Source of the DNA: a virus
Taxonomy: Duplodnaviria; Caudoviricetes
Length of the DNA: 54,231 nucleotides
Reading direction: 5' to 3' (one strand)
Virus record (IMG/VR): IMGVR_UViG_3300010389_000019
Span: 1 to 54,231 of that record
How positions within the stretch are numbered: position 1 is the stretch's first letter; the number at the start of each line of letters is the position of its first letter. The notes below the pieces were generated by a model. That model was not told the origin of the DNA and did not search any database. It worked only from the letters and a program-made list of their open reading frames with translations. Positions 35,261-47,200 of the stretch are shown here, piece after piece. The position numbers and the translations under genes were made by a program.

Positions 35261-38200
35261 TTAGACCAGGTAGTTTCTATTCTCTAGAGGAAGAACCCTT
35301 CTGACGTATGCAGAGGTTTTGATTCCTACGACACCATCATCTCCATAGAAGTTAAATTCACGTCCAGATGATCTACCAGTCACTCCCAGTTTGCCCCAAC
35401 TGTAAACTCCAAGATTGTCATCAAAACTACCAGAGATGTTGCTCTCACTGATCTTACAATAAACTCTTCTGACAGTTGTTGTGATACCTGCAACCACGAC
35501 ATCCTCAGCACCAGTTCTAACTGCTTGATAAACGCCATCACTGTTGTGAGTTACAATTCCAATTACAGAGTTGTCAATTCTCAGAGGATTGTAGTTGGAT
35601 GTAGTAACAGCAACACCAGTTCCATAGACAGTAAAGTAGTCTCCACCAACAATTTGACTGATAGTGATTGCAGTTCCAACAATCGTTGTATCTCTTAGAT
35701 ATGAATCAAATGGAATGTGAATGTCAAATGCAATTTCACTAGGATTGACATTGGATGTTTGGATTCCGACAATGGTTCCAAAATCACCAGTGTAACTGAC
35801 ATTATCAATGGTCTCAATAATTGCTTGTGGATGAGCAATTAATACATTTGGTGCTTGCGTATATCCAGTTCCTGCATTTGTAATAGAGATGGATCCAACG
35901 GTTGCTCCAGACAAGGTTGCAGTTGCAGTTGCAGTTGTTCCAACTCCAACGGGACTTTCAAAGGTCACTACAGGTGCCTGAGTATATCCAACACCCGCAT
36001 TTGTGATTGTTACCCCAGTTACATTACCACCAGCATTGATGGTAGCAGTTGCTGTAGCAGACTCTTGTGTATCCAGAGTCATTACCTGAATGGTAGTTCT
36101 GGTCTTTGGTGGAGATGGATTTTCGTTTAGTGAGTCAAAGAATGTTCTTGCGTTCAAGACATAAATTGATTGATCGTTAGGGGATACTGGTTGAATGACA
36201 TTTGTTGCTGGGAAGATCGTTGCTTCGTATTCCTCGCGTGATTTATCAACGCTTTGTCCATTGATAGTGGTATCTTCTCTTTGCTTACACCAGATAACTG
36301 GTCTAAGTTCTCCAGTTGTAATAATGCCAGGACCACTATATGTGTTTGTGGTCACAACATCAACAGAGTCAATTGAGAATACTGTTCTTGAATCTTCTCT
36401 TTCCAGTGGATTGTCGCTGGTTAGTGTTAATTTGTCTCCAATCTTAACAGTTTCAAGGATATCATTTTCAATAACATCAACAGATTCATTTCCGCGATAG
36501 AAGATAATTGTGCAGAGATCACCTGTTTGTGGTGGTTCCGTAAACACGATTGTACTTCCACCATTAAACTCATATGCCTCACCTGGAACTTGTAAAATAT
36601 TATCAATAAAGACTAATAAAACTTGATCAAGATCAACATTATTGACACCAATAATAGATTGTCTTATACCATCAATTGCGAGGGGGAATTCTCTTTCAAA
36701 TCCATTAAAGAGGTTGTCAATCTTGTCAAAGACTAAGAAGTTGCCAAGAGTCCATCCACTAAACTGTTGAGAGTATGTGTCAGATACAGTAACCTCAAAC
36801 GGTTCAAATGTCTTACTGGTGTCAGTTGGAATACCAATGGTTCCACCAATTGCAACTGTTAGACGATCTCCAAAGGTGTATCCGAGACCACTGTTAATAA
36901 TAATGCTGTCGATAACACTGGATCCTTGTCCAACAACAATACTTGCAGTTGCTCCAGTTCCAATACCAGTAGTTCCACTCACATAATCCAATGCAAGATT
37001 CTCATATGAATATGGAGCATCAAATACAACCTCAGGGGGATTTGATGCTGTATAACCAGATCCTGGATTTGTAATTTGTACACTAACTACATTGCCATTC
37101 AAGACTGATGCAATACCAACTGGAGTCAGAGTTGAGAGACCCACAGTAGACGTTGCAAGAGAAACATTTACGGTTTGTAGACCAGATCTGTATCCAGATC
37201 CAGTAAGACCAATTGCAATTGATTCAATAGTTCCCGCGATTGAGACTACTGCAGTACCACCCGCTGCAACTAATGGTTGATATCCATTACCATAAGTGGT
37301 TCCTATAGATACAATCTGTCCTCCGATTGGAGCACCATTAAAGAAGATTGATGTGACACCAACAGTCTCCTCCATATACTGATTTTGTATAATTGGTTGA
37401 GCACTAAATCTTGTTGGTGACTGGAATATACCTTCTAAAAGAACGATGCCATTATTTGTAGAGATGCCAGTAAGAGATGATGCATTTCCTGTTGACAGAG
37501 TAAACTCTGTACCAACTCCAGTAAATTCTGGAGTAATATCATTCAAGATGTAATTGTCATTGTACGTGTCAACGTTTCCATTTGGAGTTCCACCCTTCAT
37601 AAAGGATCTTCCACTAAATGTTGATCTTGTAGTGATACCAACCCAATATCTGTCATCTGGATCATTTGATGATGTTCCAATTGGATCTGGACCATAAGGA
37701 GCAGTAGCAAAGTTAACAGTATTGCCAACAATGTTGTAGTTACCAACAACCTTTTCAATAGCAGCATTGCCCGTATGGACACCAATATTGGTTCCCATCC
37801 ATCCTCTTCTTACTCCAACTTTGTTGGTAACATCATTAACAGTATCGATGAACATTATCTCTTCATCAATTTGTACCAGATCTCCAGACTTATAGTCCTC
37901 AACACTAGTAAAGTCTAGGATATCATCAAATGTGCTTGCAGTCGTAGAGATAGTGGTGGAAGGAGTTGTCTTTACAATAGGAGATTGGATAATATTATCA
38001 ATCGACAAAACAACTCTTTGATTCTGTTTTGTTGATGCTAGTCTGTGTGATACACCAATACCAGTTGATGTAAAATCAAGAGGTCTTGGTGGGATTGCAA
38101 GAGCATCGGATGCTGCTGCAGCAACCTTTACGGTCACATCGTCAATCTTAATAATGTAGAGATTGGTTGGGAGGATATCAGTCGATCCAATTCCAGCAAT

Positions 38201-41200
38201 GTTAACTGTAGCAATTCCAATTGGCGCAAAACCACCAATGCTTGGTGATGAGTAAGTAACTTCCTCACCAGTCACAAAGAAGTGCTCTGCAAGATTGATT
38301 GAGTTTGCGACCACATTTACAACCCCATTATCAGTTGTAGATCCTGTTCTTGGATCAGTGGTAGGTGCAAAATATCTATGGAAAATGTCCTTGGTTTTAT
38401 GCTTCAGTTCAAATGCGCGAGTAATGTCAAGTTCTGTACCAATGTAGTCTCCAAATCCACTATTAATTGATCCATTGCTGAATCCAATACCAGTATCATT
38501 ATTAAAGTTATCAACTAAACGCATTGAATGCTGATAAACTTTGACATCTACGTCAATGTTTGCATTTGGTGTATAAAGAATCTTGACAGTATCATTTGTG
38601 CAAGCAATACCAACGGTTCCAAGTCCAGATGATGTCAGAACATTGCCAAACTCAGAGATTGACTGGTCTAGATCATCCTGAACCGCCATCAACTCAAAAA
38701 TTTCTTGCTCATCATTAGTTGAGTCTGTGACGCCAACAAGCAGATATCCTCCATTAAAGATGTCTGATGACCATCCTGCAATTCTGGTTGCAACTGGAGC
38801 GGTTGATGATGCGATACTGGTTCTAATTGTTTCAACTGTATTGGTGTTGAATGTCATAGATCCAATACCAGTTGCCTCAGTAATACCAAGACCAACAGTC
38901 AGTGCGTTAACAGTTCCAGCAACACCCGCATGTGGATAGAAGTTGAGAATCATCCTCTCACTGTTGAATCTGATGTTTTTGAAACCATAGGTATCAAAAT
39001 CATTACCACTGTTTGCATTCTGTTGGAATCTAAACAGTGTTGATGCAGTTTTTGCTGCATCTGGGATGAGTTTTGTGTGCGTAGTTAAACCACCTGCGCC
39101 GTTGTATGGAACAATGATTCCAGTATTTACATAATTTGAACCACCATCAATGCTGTATCTTAGACTAATGCCATCTGTTACTTCTGGTGCCTCGCCACCA
39201 TTACTGTCATTACCAACAATCGCGTAAACATTAACATCATCAAATGTTCTTGCATCAATGGGTCCAAGTGTCAGTTGTCTTTGTCCATCTCCAGTAAATC
39301 GAGTATGGTCTCCAATATTAAATCCACCAAAAGGACCAGATCCAGATCCACCAGTTGATGTGATGATACCAGAGAAGTTGGCATATCTTGAGGTGCTAAT
39401 AGTTGCTACAACTTTATTTGGTATGGTTGCATCATAAGTTCCAAGTCCCACTGTAGATGTGGCAACCAGATTCAAATCGGTTAAATTGCCGTACTCAGAC
39501 ATTCCAACGTTTCTAGCATTATCTCTCAGTAGTGTAATCTCATCAAATTGATGGAAGTTATCTGTAGATGATGCAGATACAATAACCTTTGCTCCACTGT
39601 ATGTCTTAGCAATGCTTACAACAGGGAAAGTTGCAATACCAGTAGTGATTGCAGTTTGTGAGGTATAGATGTCAGCAACAGATCCTACGATAGTGCTACC
39701 AATACCTGCCAAAACGTCATTGTTAGCATATGATGCCAAACTAACATCATAGTTATTAACAGCAGTCTTAACTGGATAGAATCTAAGTACTCCTTCTCTG
39801 TTAGTGATTGTAAAGTCAAATGATCCTAGGTCAGATAAAGTCTCAACTCTTCCATACTGATTCAAGAATCCCTGAGACTCATTTTGAAGGACAGAGACCA
39901 TCATCAATTGTCTTTCGTTTGTAAATCGTCTATCTTTAACGTATGTAATGTACTTTCTTGATCTATCAGTAAGTGGATAGGTGTCTACGTCAGAGAATGG
40001 ATCTACTCTTGCGTCACTCTTGAATTGATCACCAATATCATCAATACTGAGAACTCTATTGCCAATAGACTCAAAGTAATTTTGAATCAGTTGACTATTA
40101 AAGATAATCTCATCAGATGAGATAGTTCCATTGATAATAAGATTATTTTCTGATGCAAGATCCCAGTCAAAATAACAGTTGGTGTCAACCTCTCTGATGA
40201 TGTCAACAACTGATGTTACTGTTCCACCATCTTGGTCAGTTGTAATACCAGTATTAGTATTGTCTTTGCTGAACATCAACAAGTTACTAAACTTCTTCCA
40301 TCCAGCAGGGTGATTGAGACTTTGTACAGGTTCATCCCACTTTTCAAGTGACACTTCGGACTTTAACTCATAAGAGAAGTACTGATAATAGTCACTATCC
40401 TCAACTCTTGAGAGATCGTTGTTTAAGAATCCAGTAAATCTCTTCCAACCTTGCTCAACCTTAGATGAAGATCCAAGATTATATGAACTCTCAAATGCAA
40501 TATTATTTGAAAGGATTGCACGAGTTCCCGATGTTTGCCCTTCTATGTCTTCTCCAACAACAAATGATCCAGTTGGATTAATTACGTTTAGATGACTTGC
40601 AACAGGATTCCATCTGTCAATAATACCAGTTGCTCCACTATCAGACTTAATGGTTTCTCCAATCAAGAATTGATTTTGCTTCAATGTAACATTAAATATT
40701 GGCATAGACTTTTGAGTGACTATCCTTGCAGAGGAGTTGATGGGATCAAATGTACCAACAGTATCTCCAGTCTTCAGATAATCGCCAAGATTATATTTGA
40801 CCTCAGCATTTACGCCACCATACTTTGGATCGATGGCAGTAACAGTAAAGAATGCATAGTTATAATCTTTGGAGTTAAATCCTTTGACATTTGTCCCGAG
40901 TACTGTAGAACCTTCAACAAATATCTTATCTCCAACATTGATTGGGAATCCTCCAACGGTGGCAAATGAACCAACCAATACTGCAGTTACTTCGCTATTC
41001 GATGAGTTATATTTGATTGTATTGATTCCAACTCCATTTGAGTTATTTGTTGGAATAATAATTGGTTCTACATCATAAAGGTCTCTAGTATTCTCTTCAA
41101 TTCTAACCTCAGTATCTCCCAATTTATATGAGAGTCTAACATCAGTGAGTTGATTCTTGGTGATACTATCAAGAACAATCAAGTCCGCTGGATTTGTATA

Positions 41201-44200
41201 TCCCTCTCCAGCACTTGAGATGCCAATTCTACCAAACGATGAGTATCTACCAACGTCAAGGATGTTGGAGATTCTTACAGTTGGTCTTACGCTATTATCA
41301 GATGGATAATCAAATCCAATGTCTTGGATATCTACAGTCTTGAGTTTACCAATACTGGTGCTAACACCATTAAGGATTGCTTCTGTTCCTGCAGCAGATA
41401 CAATATTGCTAATTTCAGGGAGAGACATATAACCACTGCCAGAGGTTACTCTAATTGATGATATTCCACCAATTGCTGTAACAGACGTTGTATCATAACT
41501 CATCACAGACTGATCTGGAGTTTGTGATGCAAATCTTGGTCTACTTCCAATTGTGTAAGTGAATGTAGTTGCTCCAATTGAAGTTACAACATGATCACCA
41601 GTATATGGAGTTGTTACTCTTAAGAGAGTATTTGGATTTGTAATCTTATCATCGTCTTGGATGATGGTATTTTTGTTTGGACCACTACCACCAGGAACTG
41701 GAGTCAGAGCATAGAATAATTGTCCTGGAGTGGATGATGTTGTCTCAAATTCTAATTTTGCATTTGCGTCAATACCAATTACACCAGTTTTAGTCACATT
41801 AAATGCACCAAGATCTTCAGATGTCACATATGGATTTGTGAGAGTTTTATCTGTATACAGATCAAAATTGAATGATGACTCAACTGCACCAGAGGGTGAA
41901 GTATATGCTAAAGATGAGTCAGATAGGTCAAATATAACTTTTTGATTTGGGCAATAGTCAATCTCTGGATTTACTGGCGCAATTGTTCCTCCAAATGTTG
42001 CGGTAAAATTAATAAAGATAGGCAGAGATTTTGTTGCATCAAAGTAAGTATTAGATAATCTAATATTATTATTGTCAAATACAACAACATAATAGATCTG
42101 ATCATCAACTAATTGACCTGTTGTTCCAGTGAAGATGACTTTTTGCCCATTGTAGAACTTATGTCTATCAATTCTAATAGTATCTCTAGCAACAACAACA
42201 TCACCCACAGTAAATGTTCTTGGATTGATGAGCGTTCTACGATTGTAGTCGTTATATACAACCTTAAATGTCTGAGCAACCCCGACGTTAATGTCAATAT
42301 TGATATTATCTCTCAGTGATAAACCGTGTGTAGATGCTGTAGATACGGTAACGTTATTTTTTTCAATCTGTCCAATAATGACATCAGATCTGACTGTCTT
42401 AAAACTGTGATATACACCAGTGCCAATGCCAATAAACTGTAATATACCTTTATCCAGATTTAAGTCTGATGCAGTTTGAGCAAAAGATACAATGTTATTA
42501 TCAACCCTCTTAACAAAGAGTTCTTGATTCTGAGTTAAAGAAGTGTCTGCTGCAGTATCTCTCTTTACAACAAGTGCTGTACCACCGTTTGAGTTGTAAA
42601 GTACTTTATCGCCAGTTGCCAATCCATGATTCTCAATATAGAGACTTCTTGTTGGAATCTCTTGAGTTACGACACCATTTAAGTATCCAGTGACTCCTGC
42701 ACCAACAAGGGAAGATGTGTCAAAGTCAACTGTGATAGATGTAGAACCTACAGAGAGGACTTTAGCATTTTTAACAGCAAATCCTGGAGATGTTGGATTT
42801 GTGATTGAGACATATCCACCACCAATAAACTTAGAGATATTTTGTGGTGTCTGGAAGTACAGAATTGTAGTGTTTCCAGTATCAAAACTAACGGGTGACT
42901 GATGATTAACTTGGTCTAGGAATAGAGTTGAGGTAATGCCCACACCCCAAGTTGCACCAAGACCAACAGTAATCTCAGGTTCAAAGTAAAGTTGTCTATC
43001 AAGACGAGATGAATCTGACTTCTTGTAGTTTGTAGAGACTTGAACTCTTCTTGATTTTTGTGCAATTGGTGATGCAACAGTATGTGCAACACCAGCAGTT
43101 GAGTTTTGTGCTCTTAGAACACGAATTCTGGACTTGGAGCGATCAACATTGAGAACTTTTACTTGTTCATCGTCAACGGTCAGAATATCATTTTCAAGAA
43201 TAAATGGATGCTGAGGGATGCTTGCAAGAGAGAAATGTGTAACAAAACCTGTGACATTCGCAGTAGAGATGTCTGCAGTCAGTGATAGTGGTGCATCTGG
43301 TAATCTGATTTGTAGATTTTGTCTTAAATCAGTTCTAAATGTTGATAATCCAGTAACTGAAACAAAGTCAAGATTGACCAAATTGTGTGGTTCTGGAGCA
43401 ACACCAACAAATCTTCCAGTGTTGTCTAAAGGTACAAATTCAATACTTTCAACATACGTTGTTGAGTTGGCAATACTAGTGATAGTCTTACCTACAATTC
43501 TTGATATCTTACCAAAAGCACCTCTACCAGTTCCTCCAGTAAAATTGATACTATCGCCTACTTTAAATCCATCTCCAGAATTGTAGATATCAATATTATC
43601 CAATCCACCTGGTTGAGAATATTTTACAACCGATGTTTGTTTTCTTACACTGTTTGGATTAAACAAATATTGATATGAGGCAAAGTCTGATTCAAGTTTG
43701 TATGGTTCAGTATTTCTAAACCAACCACTTGAGTTAATATTGATAGTATTTTGATTTGATGTATTAAGGAAATTAAAATCAATTGGTGTGGACTTAAATG
43801 ACTGTCCTACAACATATGGAAATACTGGAGTCTTAAAGTTTTTAAATGGACCAGACTGAGCATAGGTGTCAGAGACTGTCATGAAGTACGCATAGACACC
43901 ATTTGGAAACTCTGGAGTTACGCAGAATCTACCATTATGTTCATCCAAGTCTCCTGAGTTGTCAAAGATATAATCCTCAACAAACATTCCAAATGGGAAC
44001 TTAGATACTGCTGGTCTTCCAGTCTTTAAGTCTTGTGTATATCCAGAGACCATTCTTCTAACAACTCCGCCAGATGGAGTGTCATATCCATATGGTCCAT
44101 AGATTGGATTGCCATCATATGCCCAACCAATTATAGGAGAGTGATTTGTGCTATCAATTTCTTTACCTGTATTATCAAATGTAATATCTGGTAAAAATGT

Positions 44201-47200
44201 CTCAATACCATTTACAAACCTAGTTCCATAAACTTGTTTTCTAAGTTGTCTTGGTGCATAAAGGTGCGTGTATTCAAGGGATCCAGACGTTTGGTTATAC
44301 AGGACTCCATCATCTGCAGATATCTTCTCTCTTTCTATGAGTCTCTGAACTTCATTCAAGGTCCAAGACTTAATATTTGCCTCAAATTTTGCACCAAGTC
44401 CAGCAGCAACAACTCTTACAGTTGTATTTGATGATTTGTATCCACGTCCTGGACTAATAACAATAATCTCACTCAGGACTCCATTCTTAACAATTGGAGT
44501 AAAAATCGCTCCGAGACCATCGCCAGAGATTACAAGGTTGGGTGGAGCGTTATATCCAGAACCAGAGTTCTTGATTACTACGTCTTGAATGCCACCTGTT
44601 GTTTGGTCAATGATTGGAATAAGTTCTGCATTCTTGCCACTGTTCAAAGTAAACAATGGTTGTCTATTGTAATTTACAATTGAATCAGAACCATAGTTTG
44701 TACCATTGTTTGAAAGACCAACGGTTTCAATACTTCCTCTGAAGATTGGTTGTATTGACGCATTAAAATCTGAACCAAGATAAACAAGTTCGCTTAAGAC
44801 AAAATATGAAAGATATACAATGTCATTAGCAAAAACTGGAACTAAAATCTCAACAAATGATTGATTAGAAGCATCATAATCTTCAACTGGCAATTTGATA
44901 CCATTGAGATACACATCAATGAGACTGTACTCAGTTTGATGTGGGAAGGTAAATTTAGTTTGGCCATCCTGTGCAGTGAAAGTTGCTTCCTTTCTAATGA
45001 CATCAGGATAACCAATCAGTTCAACTGTATCTCCAGCAGTTGCTCCTTGGTCTAAGATAACCGCAGTTCCAGTGTCAGACTCATAATCTCTTGCTGGTAG
45101 TTTTACACCATTTAACAGGACATCTAAGTTTCCTGGAGAATATATGAATGGGAAGTTAGTTTGTCCAGCACCCGCTGTAACCTCTGTATATTGCGTTCTA
45201 ACAGTGGAGGCATAACTTACCATCTCCACTATCTCTGTGCCGTTTGCAGGGGATTGTAGGACTATCTGAGTGCCTGATGTGGCATCATAGTCAACACTAT
45301 TCAACCTGACACCATCCATGAAGACATCAAGCAGTTGTGGATTGCTTGGTCTTACAGGATATCCAAAAGTAAAATCAGTTTGTCCTGCAGTTGCAATCTC
45401 AGTAACAATTCCCGAACGAATAGTTCTAGAGTCAACGATAATACTCTCAGTCGTGGTGACGGTTGTAAGTCCGACAATACCTTTGATTTTTACTTTAATT
45501 GGTTCATAGTTAAATGAGTGAGTTCCACTACCCCGTGATCTGAGGTCTACGTATTCTCTTGCATTGTAATACTGTGCTCTGGTAGTTGATCCAATACCAA
45601 CTTGAGACAGATAGAACTGGTTATTATCATATGCAGTGACATAGTAAGACTGTGCTGTGGAGAGACCCAAAATCTCATTTCCACTGGTGTTATATGTGAT
45701 TATATCCCCACTCTTATATCCATGATTGCGGATATTGATCAAGTTGCTAGCGGTGTTAATACCAGTTGGTGCAACTCGTCTCAATTTATTTTCATAATTT
45801 TTACCACTATCAATTACTCTAATAGAACCTACTTTCTTTCTATAGTTAACAGTTCTGAGAGTATGTCCACCAATACCAAATGATGTCAGGTCAATAACAT
45901 TTTTACCAGTTACCGCGTCAACTTGTGTCTTATAGAGTTTGACTCTGTAAGCATCAACAACACCAACATAATACTCAGAGTTACTCTCCAAACCGCCAAT
46001 TGGAGTTAGTCCATTTGTTTCGTAGAATACGTGCTCACCATCTCTAAATTTGTGTGGTGATCCAATTGCAATAGTATTGAGGGGTAGGTCAACTTGGTTT
46101 GCTGATGCAATCGAGTTAAATGTAACCTCGTGGATAAAGTTTGCAAGAGTTGCCTCTGCCTTTGCTCCAGTTCCATTACCACCAGTGATTGTTACAACTG
46201 GAACTTCCAAATAATCGGAACCTGGATCAATAATTTCAATTCTTTCAAGTCCACCTTTAACGGACACATTACCAGCTGCTGCACTTCCAACACTATCAGT
46301 AATACTTAGAACTGGTGGGTTAATGATATCATATCCATCACCTTCAGCAATAACTTCAACATCATTGATACTACCAAAGTTGACAATATCTTCGCTCTTG
46401 TAACTTCCAACCTCAACACCATTGACAAACATACCAACAGGTGTTGTTTTAATATCAACAATCGTGCCATCATCAATTGGGTCGGAGATTTTTCTCAATA
46501 AACCCTGTGGTTGCAAGGACTTTCCTTTATATCCAAACTTAACTAACTTTCCGTTAGTAATCGTGCCAGTTACAGTAAAGAAGTTGTTTGTTGAGATATT
46601 TGGTCTACTTGCAGCAAGTTTAATTACACTGTTGCTGATGACTTTGACAAAATATACTCCTTCAGATAAGGATAGTCCGCTACCAATCAGGTTTACGGCA
46701 TCTCCAGTTATAAATGGGTGTGAACCAATGTTTAACTCCTCACCAGAGAAAGTTCCAGAGAAAGTAACTGTGTAATTTTCTGGAATAAGAGTCTGATTTG
46801 GATAATAAGGAATTGAGTTTGATGCAACATAAACGTCATCATTATTCAAATATGTATTTTGAACGTTAGTAATAAAATTGGAGATATATGGGTAAGATGA
46901 TGAATTACCCTTTGTCAGACTCCTGGTTATAGTATAAAACTTGGTTGGATCTAATGATGAACCAGAAACTACAAAGGTATCTGGTGTTTTTACTTGTTGA
47001 ACTACAAAAGTTGTGCTAGTCGATGTATTATCTGTAAGAGTTACAGTGTCTCCAAGTACAATGCCATTATCATCATATGTTTTTACATCGTAAGTTAATG
47101 CTGCTGATTGAGCAGTAATACTTTCAACTGTAAATGTTGTTTTATGATTATATTGCCAAATTGTTGTCTTTTTGCTTTGATCAGTATCACCTAAAGTCTT

